Source: Candidatus Daviesbacteria bacterium RIFCSPHIGHO2_01_FULL_41_45 (GTDB taxonomy: Bacteria; Patescibacteriota; Microgenomatia; Daviesbacterales; UBA10151). From it: a DNA stretch of 58,045 nucleotides. Shown in pieces: positions 9,047 through 18,845 of this stretch. Position 1 is the stretch's first letter. The number at the start of each line of letters is the position of its first letter. Under the pieces are notes generated by a model. The model was not told the origin of the DNA, searched no databases, and saw only the letters and a list, made by a program, of their open reading frames with translations. The stretch spans positions 1-58,045 of the forward strand of contig MFCS01000029.1 of assembly GCA_001776975.1 (NCBI GenBank), written 5' to 3'. The translations under genes were made by a program, and so were the position numbers.

Positions 9047-10171
9047 ATGAAAGTTGCTTTGGTTCATGATTATTTAAAAGAATACGGTGGAGCGGAAAGA
9101 GTTTTGGAAACTTTGCATGAAATATTTCCTGAGGCTCCCATTTATGTGGCCTACAAAAATCTCAATGGTTTAGGATCACACAAAGAGCGGGTAAAAAAAT
9201 GGTCCGCCAATGGCGGAATTAAATCTTCCTGGATACAATATTTACCCTTTGCTAATAATTTAATCTCTTATCTAAAAATTATTGCCCCTAATCTTTTTGC
9301 CGGGATAGATTTATCAAGCTATGACTTGGTAATATCTTCCTGTAATACCTACTTTTCCAAGGCGGTTAAGGTAGGTAAAAACACACTACATATTAGCTAT
9401 ATCCACACCCCACCAAGATACCTGTATGGCTTTACCACCACCATCAGTTATAAAAATCCAATACTGAAAGCGTTGGCCGAGATTGGACATCATTACCTTA
9501 GGATTAAAGATTTTGAGGTCTCCCAACAACCGGATATTTTAGTGGCTAACTCTAAGGCAGTTCAAGCAAGAATTACCAAGTTTTATAGAAGGGACAGCGT
9601 GATAATTTATCCGCCCATTGATATTGAAAGGTTTAAGGCTGCCAGAGTGGTTGGAGAGGGAGGGTATTATCTCTCAGTCTCTAGATTAGTCAGAGGTAAG
9701 GGAGTGGAGATCATCGTTAAGGCCTGTAGTGATTTGGGGCTGCCTTTAAAAGTGGTGGGAAATGGGTCACAACTTGAGGAGTTGAGAAAAATGGCAGGCA
9801 AAACAGTAGAATTTTTAGGGGCTGTCAGCGACAGTCATTTACCAGGAATTTATGCCTCAGCAGGAGCTTTGGTTTTGGCTGCAGAAGATGAAGATTTTGG
9901 AATTACTCCGGTGGAGGCTATGGCCTCCGGAACTCCAGTTTTAGCCCTAAGATCAGGAGGATACCTGGAAACGTTGAGTGAAGGGATTACTGGGGAGTTT
10001 TTTGACGAGCCAACAACTGCTTCTCTAGCACAAGCCTTAAAAGACTTTGATTTCAGAAAATATAAATATGAGGAGCTGGTTAACAGGGCGGAGAAGTTCT
10101 CCAAAAACAGATTTAAACAGGCCGTGTTGAAGTTGGTTGAAGAAAATAATAGAAAAGGTGATAATAAATAA
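9047..10171 (+). CDS. Glycosyltransferase, GT4 (group 1) family
   Basis: N-terminus MKVALVHDYL..YGGAERV and the C-terminal EDFGITPVEAMASGTPV motif are typical of GT-B group 1 enzymes. Confidence 0.85.
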   Translation: MKVALVHDYLKEYGGAERVLETLHEIFPEAPIYVAYKNLNGLGSHKERVKKWSANGGIKSSWIQYLPFANNLISYLKIIAPNLFAGIDLSSYDLVISSCNTYFSKAVKVGKNTLHISYIHTPPRYLYGFTTTISYKNPILKALAEIGHHYLRIKDFEVSQQPDILVANSKAVQARITKFYRRDSVIIYPPIDIERFKAARVVGEGGYYLSVSRLVRGKGVEIIVKACSDLGLPLKVVGNGSQLEELRKMAGKTVEFLGAVSDSHLPGIYASAGALVLAAEDEDFGITPVEAMASGTPVLALRSGGYLETLSEGITGEFFDEPTTASLAQALKDFDFRKYKYEELVNRAEKFSKNRFKQAVLKLVEENNRKGDNK

Positions 10172-10612
10172 ATGTCGATTGTGACACATGTTGTTGTTGG
10201 TGCAGCGGTTGGTTCATTTATGCCAAATGCCCTATCTGGGGGAGTAGCGGGTTTTATCTCGCATATCTTGGGAGACTTGATACCCCACTATGACCCACCT
10301 TTAGGTAAATATGCTAAAAAAGGTCTACAAAGATCGTTTACTTGGTTTTTACTGCTGGTGGATTTTAGTTTAGGACTGATGGTTTTATGGTTGGTTAAAG
10401 ATTCTCCACAGATGTTAGTGGGGGGATTAGTGGGGGGATTAGTGGATTTGGACGCGTTCTTCTTTCATAAGCTAAAACATATTGGCATTCCCATTCATGA
10501 CCTAAAATCTAACTGGCATAAACAAACAACAGCTGTTAAGGGACTGTTTAATCAAGGCCTATTAACCTTAATTGCGGTAGCGATAATTTATCAAAACGCC
10601 TATAATCGCTAG
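10172..10612 (+). CDS. Small membrane protein, possibly a YdjM/DUF457-like membrane-bound metal-dependent hydrolase
   Basis: The ATG directly follows the GT4 stop. Hydrophobic segments with a His/Asp pattern (THVVVG..SHILGDLIPH). Confidence 0.45.
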   Translation: MSIVTHVVVGAAVGSFMPNALSGGVAGFISHILGDLIPHYDPPLGKYAKKGLQRSFTWFLLLVDFSLGLMVLWLVKDSPQMLVGGLVGGLVDLDAFFFHKLKHIGIPIHDLKSNWHKQTTAVKGLFNQGLLTLIAVAIIYQNAYNR

Positions 10613-10915
10613 ATGGAAATGAGAAAGCTTTCCTCATCTGATCCAATGTGGATTGATCAGTCTGGAGTTCAGAGATTAATCCGGGAATATAGAGGCAGTC
10701 GAAATAATCAATCCGGAGAAAAACAACAGCACTCTTTGGGAAGGGTACTTGCTAGGATGTATAAAGGACAGATTGTATTAAATGCTGGGAATTTGAATGA
10801 GGAGGAAACACTGCAATTAATGTTAGCCACCGAATCTGCCCCCCGCAGAATTAGCAGACAACTAGGACAGGGAATTCATTATTTATTTGCAGTTAGTAAG
10901 CAAGAGGAAGATTAA
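10613..10915 (+). CDS. Hypothetical protein (100 aa)
   Basis: ORF abutting its neighbours within a tightly packed operon. No motif recognised. Confidence 0.4.
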   Translation: MEMRKLSSSDPMWIDQSGVQRLIREYRGSRNNQSGEKQQHSLGRVLARMYKGQIVLNAGNLNEEETLQLMLATESAPRRISRQLGQGIHYLFAVSKQEED

Positions 10916-10916
10916 G

Positions 10917-11777
10917 ATGCCGGAACTTCCAGAGGTTGAGACCATTAAGCTTGGTCTAGAGGCTAAGATTAAGGGTTTAAAGATTGAAAAAATTCAGATT
11001 CTGACCGCAAAATCTTTTAGTGGTGCAATTGCATCCATTACAGGAGCAAAGATATCGACCGTTGCTAGGCGAGCCAAGCTATTATTAATTGGTTTGGATA
11101 ACAACAAAACTATAATAATCCATCTTAAGATGACCGGTCAGCTAATATTAGAAGCAAGTAGTCAGCAGCAGGGAGCTAGGATAATTGGTGGACATCCCAC
11201 TACAAACATGTTTTCTGTTTTGCCCAATAGTACTACCCGGGCAGTTTTTAACTTATCAGATGGCTCGAAGCTTTTTTTTAACGATCAACGGATGTTTGGC
11301 TGGATCAAAGTGGTAAATAATGATCAACTGCCAATTATCAATCAGAAATTAGGTCCGGAGCCCTTAGGAGAGGAGTTTAGCTGGACGCTTCTAAAAACAC
11401 AGCTGCTAAAAAGAAAAGCCACTCCGGTTAAGGTGGTCTTAATGGATCAAGAGATAGTGGCGGGAATAGGTAACATCTATGCTTCAGAGGCCTGTTTTAT
11501 AGCTGGATTAGACCCACGGCGCAAGGTATTAACTATTACAGACGGTGATTTCCAAAGATTACATCAAGGGGTGATACAGTCTCTCACCGAGAGTCTTAAG
11601 CAGGGTGGATCTACCCGCTCCCACTTTAAAAACATTAATGGTGAGAGGGGTAATTTTTTAGAACATGCTTTTGTTTATGGTAAAAATGGTCAGCCCTGTA
11701 AAGTATGTGCTGTTGATGTCGAAAAAGTTACACTTGGAGGTAGGGGAACATACCTTTGCTCTCAGTGTCAAAAGTGA
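10917..11777 (+). CDS. mutM: Formamidopyrimidine-DNA glycosylase (Fpg/MutM)
   Basis: Start chosen at ATG 10917 so the protein begins MPELPEVE, with the catalytic N-terminal Pro. GAGGAA lies 8 nt upstream. C-terminal zinc finger CKVC...CSQC. The track start at 10887 would add 10 unrelated residues. Confidence 0.9.
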   Translation: MPELPEVETIKLGLEAKIKGLKIEKIQILTAKSFSGAIASITGAKISTVARRAKLLLIGLDNNKTIIIHLKMTGQLILEASSQQQGARIIGGHPTTNMFSVLPNSTTRAVFNLSDGSKLFFNDQRMFGWIKVVNNDQLPIINQKLGPEPLGEEFSWTLLKTQLLKRKATPVKVVLMDQEIVAGIGNIYASEACFIAGLDPRRKVLTITDGDFQRLHQGVIQSLTESLKQGGSTRSHFKNINGERGNFLEHAFVYGKNGQPCKVCAVDVEKVTLGGRGTYLCSQCQK

Positions 11778-11816
11778 CAGAGTTGGTGATAAGTTGCTAT
11801 ACTTAAGTTTATTGCC

Positions 11817-13196
11817 ATGAAGGATCGTCCCACATTTGCCTCGGTAATACTTAATCGTGGATTCAGGTTCCTTTGGCTAAATCAAATATTAGTACAGCTA
11901 GCCTACAATACTTTAAATTTTACTCTGATAGTTTGGGTTTTTAAATTAACCGAGTCAGCCTTAGCAGTTTCTTTTTTGGTGATGGCGATGTATCTACCGG
12001 CAGTTCTTTTCGGCATCTTTGCTGGTGTCTTTGTGGATATTACAGATCGGAGAAAGGTGATTATTGTTATTGATTTCTTATTAGCTCTGTCATTTTTACT
12101 ATTTATACTTATCAAAGGATCGTACTCATTAATTTTGTTAAATACTTTTTTTATTAACTCCTTAGCTCAGTTTTTTGTTCCAGCGGAGGGTTCATCGATC
12201 CCAATGTTAGTCAATAAAAAACAATTAATTATTGCTAACTCACTTTTTTCCCTAACCTTATATGGATCATTTATGATTGGGTTCTCTTTAGCCGGGCCTT
12301 TGTTGAATTTTTTTGGAATTAATTATGTATTTTACTTAGCTTTTGGAGCGATGTTTTTAGCATTTATATCTGCCCAATTTTTACCCACTATTAAGGTGGC
12401 AAATATCCATGCCAAGTATAATAACCTATTATCTTTTAGAAATATTAGAAAGATTGTTAACATCACCTTTAAAGAGGCTACAGAAACTTGGCAGTTTATC
12501 AGAGGAAATTTGGCGGTCGCTGTTGCCATTGGACTATTATCTGCCATTCAGGGGATTATTGGCTCTTTGGCCGTTGTCATGCCATCTTTTATGGAGAAGG
12601 TATTAAGGATTCATGCCACAGATACCTCATATTTTGTGATGGTGCCATTAGGATTAGGGATGGTGGTGGGAGCGTTGATAATTGGTAAATGGGCACACAA
12701 CAAACCCAGGCGCTCGGTAGTAATCCCGTCAATCGTGGCTGCTGGTGTTATCTTTATTCTTGCTGGGCTCATTCCCAGTATTGCCGAAATACTACAAGCG
12801 TCAGATCTGTCGAGTAAAATCCCCCATCCCCGCTATTTTTTCCGGGTACCAACCCTATCAGCGACTTATGCTATCGGGGCGTTTTTATTAGGGCTAGTTG
12901 CAGTAGGGATTATCATCCCATCTCAAACTGTACTCCAGGAAAATACCAATACCAGAAACAGGGGCAAGATATTTGCGGTTTTGGCAGTAATTATGTATGC
13001 CATCTCAGCAGTTCCAGTATTATTAGCCGGGTTATTAGCTGATTTAATCGGTCCTTCGGCAATATTTTTAGGGATGGGGGTTGTAGTGTTTATCGCTGGG
13101 GTGATAGCTTTGCGTCCGAATCAGTTTTTTAGGGAACGTTATCTCTCGGATCGGATCAGGGCATTTTTAGGTTTAGGCCATTGGCAAGGCGAGTAG
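11817..13196 (+). CDS. MFS-type transporter
   Basis: About 12 hydrophobic segments, with a DRRKV-type loop after TM2 (VDITDRRKVI). Confidence 0.8.
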   Translation: MKDRPTFASVILNRGFRFLWLNQILVQLAYNTLNFTLIVWVFKLTESALAVSFLVMAMYLPAVLFGIFAGVFVDITDRRKVIIVIDFLLALSFLLFILIKGSYSLILLNTFFINSLAQFFVPAEGSSIPMLVNKKQLIIANSLFSLTLYGSFMIGFSLAGPLLNFFGINYVFYLAFGAMFLAFISAQFLPTIKVANIHAKYNNLLSFRNIRKIVNITFKEATETWQFIRGNLAVAVAIGLLSAIQGIIGSLAVVMPSFMEKVLRIHATDTSYFVMVPLGLGMVVGALIIGKWAHNKPRRSVVIPSIVAAGVIFILAGLIPSIAEILQASDLSSKIPHPRYFFRVPTLSATYAIGAFLLGLVAVGIIIPSQTVLQENTNTRNRGKIFAVLAVIMYAISAVPVLLAGLLADLIGPSAIFLGMGVVVFIAGVIALRPNQFFRERYLSDRIRAFLGLGHWQGE

Positions 13197-13214
13197 AGCG
13201 GTTATACTTAATTT

Positions 13215-14624
13215 ATGTCCAGCTTGATACCTGAAGATCGGTCGGTGATTGATAACGATTCTGGTCTGTCTAGGGTAGTTGATGTAATTGCCGATAAGAG
13301 TAGACAAGTACCTTGGGAGAAGCAGTGGATTAAAGATAATATTACAAGTCTCCAAGAGGCAGTCCGGGAAGGTAAACATGAAACTTTGTATTATCCAGCC
13401 CATGGTTTTGATATCCTGCGCCCATTAATCGCTTACGATGCCAGTCAACTAATAGCGGTAGATTCAGATAATCAACTTAGAGGGCGTATCCAACAACAGT
13501 TAGAACAATTGGGAGTCTCATTTACTACCGAGACCTCAAGTGATGATAGTTTGGTGACGACAAGTTTTAATTGGCAAGGAAAGGACAGAAGAGTAACAGA
13601 AGTTTTTGAAGATGCCAGACAGTTTAATATCCAAGAGTTAGGGTTAGCTAAAGTTGATGTTTTACATGTTTATCTGCCGACTGGTGCTGACCAAGATGTA
13701 GATGAGCTAGATTTATATTTTAAGCAGAAGTATCCGCCAGACGAATGGATGAGACGGAAGACTAGGTATCAGTTAGGTGAGATTCCTGAGGAAATGGTTC
13801 CAGCTGTTGATCCAGAAACTGGGAAGTATCAAGTTATTCATAAAGCTATTGAAAACAGACTGACTCAGCAAAATTATGATTTGGTTTCTGAAGGAGGTTT
13901 TTTCTGTTTTGATGAAAGAGGGCTGTCGCCATACAAAAGAGCGTTTGATGCCCCGCATGTACTATTTGAGATGGCCGGTCTCCAGGAAAAAGGTATCACC
14001 CGAAGGTATCCGTGGACTGTGCGCACCTCATTTGTACCAAGTAAGGCAGATGTTCAATTCATGGATCGAGCCGGGGTGATTTATCATAAAGAACGAGGGG
14101 TATCCCCGCAAACTCTGGAGGCTTTTAACCATGTCATCTCGGTGATTAATGATACTGGATACAATATCGAGATGTTTGGGTCAGGAGAGTTTGATACTTT
14201 TGTCCACTTTGAGGACGGAGAAAAATTAGGAGATGCGGTGTTGAGACGCTTTAATGATTTAGATGAGGGGGTAGAGCGAATCTCTGGAGAATTTCAAAAA
14301 GCGGGTATAAAGCCTCAAAAAATTGAACAGTTTAAGGATCAGATGACCAGGGAGTATAAACAATCACTATTAAGATTACAGCAATCATTTAAAAGTTTTT
14401 TGGAGGTTTTAGGACAAGCGGGTAATCGATTAAGACAAGGGGAGGTAAACCAATCACAGTTTTGGCAGGAGTTGGGGATAGAATTTGGCCAATCAAGATA
14501 CGACACCAAAAGTCGTCGTTGGCCGTTTGCCCCGGCCGCACTTCTAGGAAACAAGGAACAAGCTCAAAATAATTTAGCGTTAATTAGAGAGTTTACCCAA
14601 TTAGAGTTTGGACTGGAAGAGTAA
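13215..14624 (+). CDS. Hypothetical protein (469 aa); the N-terminal part resembles a Rossmann/SAM-methyltransferase motif I
   Basis: Long ORF. LYYPAHGFDILRPLIAYDASQLIAVD loosely resembles an xGxGxD...D nucleotide-binding pattern. The rest is unassigned. Confidence 0.6.
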   Translation: MSSLIPEDRSVIDNDSGLSRVVDVIADKSRQVPWEKQWIKDNITSLQEAVREGKHETLYYPAHGFDILRPLIAYDASQLIAVDSDNQLRGRIQQQLEQLGVSFTTETSSDDSLVTTSFNWQGKDRRVTEVFEDARQFNIQELGLAKVDVLHVYLPTGADQDVDELDLYFKQKYPPDEWMRRKTRYQLGEIPEEMVPAVDPETGKYQVIHKAIENRLTQQNYDLVSEGGFFCFDERGLSPYKRAFDAPHVLFEMAGLQEKGITRRYPWTVRTSFVPSKADVQFMDRAGVIYHKERGVSPQTLEAFNHVISVINDTGYNIEMFGSGEFDTFVHFEDGEKLGDAVLRRFNDLDEGVERISGEFQKAGIKPQKIEQFKDQMTREYKQSLLRLQQSFKSFLEVLGQAGNRLRQGEVNQSQFWQELGIEFGQSRYDTKSRRWPFAPAALLGNKEQAQNNLALIREFTQLEFGLEE

Positions 14625-14644
14625 TCAGTGTTATTATCCCTTCC

Positions 14645-15697
14645 ATGTTCCTAAAAAACCTCAAGTTAACAAATTTTAGAAATTACTCCTCGCTTGAATT
14701 AAATTTTTCTCAAACTACCTTATTAATTGGTAGAAATGCCCAAGGTAAGTCCAATCTTTTAGAAGCAATTTATTTTCTGTCTACCACTAAATCTCCTAAA
14801 GCAGAAAAAGATTCCCAACTAATAAAACAAGGTCAGGATTTTTGTAGGGTAGAAGGGTTAGTAGAAAGTGACCAGGAAGAAAAAACTAACCTTGAAATTG
14901 TAATGCAGATACAACAAGCACAGTTATTTAAAAGAACTAAGGTAAATGGCGTTCCCAGAAGAGTCACCGATTATATGGGCAATTTAGTGACAGTTTTATT
15001 TTCTCCGGAGGATATTCTTTTAGTAATTGGCTCACCATCTCTTCGCAGGTGGCATGTAGATATTACCTTAGCCCAAGTAGATAAAAGTTATAAAAGAGCC
15101 ATCAGCGAGTATTCAGAGGCTATCGCTTCCCGTAATAAAGTTCTCAAAAGGATAAAAGAGGGCACATCCCGAGTAGATGAACTGGATTTTTGGAGCGATA
15201 GGGCGATAGAGTCAGGACAGATAATCAGCAAAAAACGGCGGGATTTTTTTGAGTTTATTAATACTGTTGAAAAAAGATTTGGCGAGTTTTCTTATTTATA
15301 TAAACCTTCGGAAGTTGACAAGGAGCGCTTAAGGGAGTACCTGTCTCGGGAGATTGCCTCAACCAACAGCTTGATTGGTCCGCACCGAGATGATTTTATT
15401 TTTCGCTTAAATGGTTTAGATCTGGCCTATTTTGGTTCTCGTGGTGAGCAAAGAACTGCGGTGTTAGATTTAAAATTATCTGAGGTTGCCTTTATTACAA
15501 AAAGTCAAAACTCTAAACCGCTTTTGTTGTTAGATGATATTTTTTCCGAATTAGACACCGATCACCGAGAGCATGTAATCTCTGTAGTTTCAAACCAGCA
15601 AACTATAATCTCTGCTGTCGAAAATGAAGTTATTCCAGATGAATTTTTAAAATCAGTCCAGTTAATCAAAATAGAGGAGGGTACTGCCACTTTTTAG
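14645..15697 (+). CDS. recF: DNA replication and repair protein RecF
   Basis: N-terminus MFLKNLKLTNFRNY plus Walker A GRNAQGKSNLLEAI. C-terminal GEQRT signature and LLLLDDIFSELD Walker B. Confidence 0.9.
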   Translation: MFLKNLKLTNFRNYSSLELNFSQTTLLIGRNAQGKSNLLEAIYFLSTTKSPKAEKDSQLIKQGQDFCRVEGLVESDQEEKTNLEIVMQIQQAQLFKRTKVNGVPRRVTDYMGNLVTVLFSPEDILLVIGSPSLRRWHVDITLAQVDKSYKRAISEYSEAIASRNKVLKRIKEGTSRVDELDFWSDRAIESGQIISKKRRDFFEFINTVEKRFGEFSYLYKPSEVDKERLREYLSREIASTNSLIGPHRDDFIFRLNGLDLAYFGSRGEQRTAVLDLKLSEVAFITKSQNSKPLLLLDDIFSELDTDHREHVISVVSNQQTIISAVENEVIPDEFLKSVQLIKIEEGTATF

Positions 15698-15751
15698 AAA
15701 CTTTGCGGTTGTTTTGCGGGAATTATGCAATAAATATGGTACAATTAGTGA

Positions 15752-16456
15752 GTGAGATTTGTTTGGCGACTAATATCTTTAATCTTTCGTCTTGATCTGT
15801 TAATTCCATTTTTATTAATTGCCTCGTATTTGTCATTGGTATTTATTGCTAAAGGTAGCATTCCCTCCTCCGAGGAGATGATTGGATTATTTTCCGAGCT
15901 ATATGCTAAGTATGGTTATGAGATTATCTTTATCTCCGCCTTTTTGGAGAGTCTGATCATAATTAGTTTGATTGTTCCTGGAACATTGGCTCTGGCACTG
16001 GGAATTATTTTTGCTCGGACCGGACAAACAGATTTAACCTTGGTTATCTTAACTGTCATAGCGGGGGCGCTATTAGGGTATCTGTTAGATTATACTCTAG
16101 GATATCTGGGATTTTCAGACCTTTTAAAAAAATTAGGCTATGGCAAATTCTTAGAGCAATCAAAACAAAAACTAAGTAAATTTAAAAAAAGAGGATTAAT
16201 TATTGGTTTTATTCATGCTAATTTTGGGTCGTTTTTATCATTTTCTGCTGGAGCTACCGGCTATAGTTTTCCCACTTTTTTATTGGTAGCAAGCTTGGCA
16301 ACCATTGCCTGGACCTCATTTTGGAGTATAATAATTTATTCGTTAGGAGATATTGTTTTAGAGATTTTAAAAAGGTATTCATTTTTATTTTTTATGGCAG
16401 TTTTGGCAGTACTATTCCTGTCGCAGATATGGAATAGAGATAAGGAAAATAATTAA
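15752..16456 (+). CDS. DedA/SNARE-associated family membrane protein
   Basis: GTG start. YGYEIIFISAFLESLIIISLIVPG matches the DedA core pattern. Confidence 0.7.
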   Translation: MRFVWRLISLIFRLDLLIPFLLIASYLSLVFIAKGSIPSSEEMIGLFSELYAKYGYEIIFISAFLESLIIISLIVPGTLALALGIIFARTGQTDLTLVILTVIAGALLGYLLDYTLGYLGFSDLLKKLGYGKFLEQSKQKLSKFKKRGLIIGFIHANFGSFLSFSAGATGYSFPTFLLVASLATIAWTSFWSIIIYSLGDIVLEILKRYSFLFFMAVLAVLFLSQIWNRDKENN

Positions 16457-17532
16457 TGTTTGCACCAATCTATACCATCACCAATAAAACCCTACGCAAT
16501 ATTGGTATCACAGATGCTGCGCGAGAGGTAATAGACAACGCTCCTTTAATCCCGGCTTGGGAGGCAAAATTTAGAAAAGAAGCCATCGAAAGAACGGTTC
16601 ATCATGGCACTCATATAGAGGGCAATAAACTGTCTTTAGAAGAAGCTAAAGATATTTTAGAAGGTGGAGAGGTGGTAGCTAGAGAAAGGGATGTTCAAGA
16701 GGTAATTAATTTGAGAAACAGTTTAAAGTTTATCAGTCAACTTGCTTCTCAAGAATTACCAGGTGAAAGTTCTCTGATTACTGTTGAGACAATTTTTAAA
16801 CTGCACAAATTAACAGTCGATAAAATACTAGCAGAGGATAGTAGTGGCAAGTTTAGAATCCGCCAGGTGGTGGTAAAAAATGCCCAAACTGGACAGATAA
16901 CTTACACCCCACCTCCAGCAGCCGAGGTGCCATATCTAATGGAGGATTTAATCAATTGGATTAATTCCGCAGAAGGTAAGGAGATCCACCCGATAATTAA
17001 GGCGGGCATTGTTCATTATGAGTTAGCCAGAATTCATCCTTTTGTGGATGGGAACGGACGGGTTGCCAGGGCGGTAGCCACCCTGGTGATGTTTTTAGAT
17101 GGGTATGATATTAGGAGGTTTTTCTCCCTGGAGGAGTATTTTGATAATGATCCAATGAACTACTACTTAACCTTACAGTCTGTTTCTAATCAACTAGTTT
17201 TAGATCACCATGAAAGGGATTTGACCCCTTGGTTGGATTATTTTGTTGAAGGAGTGGCGATTGAATTAAATAGAATAAAAGAGGTAGTCAGGAGAATCTC
17301 TTTTGACACCCGGGTGAAGGATAAACTAGGGGAGCAGTTAACTTTGAATGAGAGGCAGATGATTTTGATGGAATTTTTACACCGGCACAAAAATATGCAG
17401 AATAAAGACTTTCGCAAGATGTTTCCTGACTACTCAGATGATACAGTCTTAAGAGAATTAAGGTTTTTGGCTAAAAAGGGTCTGATTAGAAAAATCGGTG
17501 GCACCAAAAAAGCTCAGTATATTTTAAAATAA
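16456..17532 (+). CDS. Fic family protein with a C-terminal winged-helix-like region
   Basis: Fic motif HPFVDGNGRVAR. N-terminal THIEGN segment with the inhibitory-helix-type Glu. Confidence 0.9.
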   Translation: MFAPIYTITNKTLRNIGITDAAREVIDNAPLIPAWEAKFRKEAIERTVHHGTHIEGNKLSLEEAKDILEGGEVVARERDVQEVINLRNSLKFISQLASQELPGESSLITVETIFKLHKLTVDKILAEDSSGKFRIRQVVVKNAQTGQITYTPPPAAEVPYLMEDLINWINSAEGKEIHPIIKAGIVHYELARIHPFVDGNGRVARAVATLVMFLDGYDIRRFFSLEEYFDNDPMNYYLTLQSVSNQLVLDHHERDLTPWLDYFVEGVAIELNRIKEVVRRISFDTRVKDKLGEQLTLNERQMILMEFLHRHKNMQNKDFRKMFPDYSDDTVLRELRFLAKKGLIRKIGGTKKAQYILK

Positions 17533-17534
17533 AA

Positions 17535-17669
17535 TCACTCCCTCAATTTTAGCGGAGGGGGCTGGATTATCATAGAGGGTTTAGTAACTTGCGTACCAGA
17601 TTTACCAAGTTGGCCAAGTCTTACTCGACCTTCGGCGCTAATATCTACAATTACCCTGGGAGCCGGCAT
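17535..17669 (-). CDS. Candidate small ORF (44 aa), below the track's size cutoff
   Basis: ATG preceded by GAGGAA at 7-nt spacing. Product: MPAPRVIVDISAEGRVRLGQLGKSGTQVTKPSMIIQPPPLKLRE. No homology can be asserted. Confidence 0.25.
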   Translation of the reverse strand: MPAPRVIVDISAEGRVRLGQLGKSGTQVTKPSMIIQPPPLKLRE

Positions 17670-17829
17670 CGGAATTTCCTCATTTCCTGATCTAATATTG
17701 CCTTTTCTGTTGGTGCTAGAAAACGCGCCAGGTTTATTAGAATAATCGATCGCCGAGGCAATTCCTCCAAATTCACCAGTTCAACTAATTGCCATATCAA
17801 TAATGATTATACAATAAAACTCAAGGATT

Positions 17830-18249
17830 CTAGTCTTGGTTTTTTGGAGCTGACTGATCCATGTCAATAAACCGGTGTTCTCCCATTTCAGTAACCACGA
17901 CCCGGTCAATTTTACTAAACTGACGTATTATCTCGGCTGTGGCTCGAGTAGAATCTAGCACCTCTTGGGCTAGTGACCTTAAACCAGCAGGTAATTGTGG
18001 ATCTGTTATTAACATGTCACCAAGCCCTAGTGTTTCGGATAGGGCATCGGCAACTTGTTGCCGCACGGTATTACCTACGAGTTGTGCGCCATCTAGCTGT
18101 TGAGCATCTGCAAAAGCTCTTAGTATCCGCGTTGCCTCATCAGGCCGGTTATCTCTAACAGCCTGATCGATTTGCCGAAAGACCGATGCTACAGTTTCTT
18201 TGGGGGAGATGTCTTGTTGAGGTTTATCTGTTTCGGAACCGTCCATCAT
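17830..18249 (-). CDS. Hypothetical protein (139 aa)
   Basis: ORF in a locally more GC-rich stretch, divergent from the receiver-like gene. No motif recognised. Confidence 0.5.
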   Translation of the reverse strand: MMDGSETDKPQQDISPKETVASVFRQIDQAVRDNRPDEATRILRAFADAQQLDGAQLVGNTVRQQVADALSETLGLGDMLITDPQLPAGLRSLAQEVLDSTRATAEIIRQFSKIDRVVVTEMGEHRFIDMDQSAPKNQD

Positions 18250-18298
18250 ATAACAATATTAACACTAAATGATTAAGGATAAAATTAGGAGGACTTAA

Positions 18299-18802
18299 TT
18301 GACTATAAGCTTAATTTGTGATAGGATTTACTCCTATGCAGAACAAGTACCAATTGGCGAGAAAATAACAGGTCAACAATTTGGGGCAATGAGACTTCTA
18401 TTTTTAGATAATAATCCTGATCAGTTAGATTTGATGCGGTGCAGGTTAGAGGGTATATCAATAATCAGGGAGGTTTTGTATTTTCAAAATGATCAAGAAG
18501 CCCTGGTAGCACTTACCGGACAGCCTGGTGCATTTGATGGTGTGGTCACTGACCTCAGGAGGGATGGTCCAGGAACTGGAGAGCGTTTTATAGCTACTCT
18601 CAAAAAGATCGATCCTATTGTTCCTATCGCCATTATTACAGGAGAATTATTAACTCGCCAAAAAACCAGAGCGCTCTGTAATGTTGGCGCGGATTTTGTT
18701 TTTAATCGATTGGCTTTGTTGACAGAAGACCGTCTGGTAGCGTTATTTACAGAGATGGCTCGATTAGGTCAACAGCGCAGAGATAATCAAATTTTACTGT
18801 AG
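18299..18802 (+). CDS. CheY-like receiver-domain protein, atypical (stand-alone)
   Basis: TTG start with AGGAGG 6 nt upstream. Receiver pattern: LLFLDNN (acidic pocket), VVTDL (putative phospho-Asp), IAIITGE (conserved Thr). The usual Lys appears replaced (GADFVFNR). Confidence 0.5.
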   Translation: MTISLICDRIYSYAEQVPIGEKITGQQFGAMRLLFLDNNPDQLDLMRCRLEGISIIREVLYFQNDQEALVALTGQPGAFDGVVTDLRRDGPGTGERFIATLKKIDPIVPIAIITGELLTRQKTRALCNVGADFVFNRLALLTEDRLVALFTEMARLGQQRRDNQILL

Positions 18803-18845
18803 TTTCTATTGTCACATTTTCAGATATGAACTAAAATTCAAGTCA

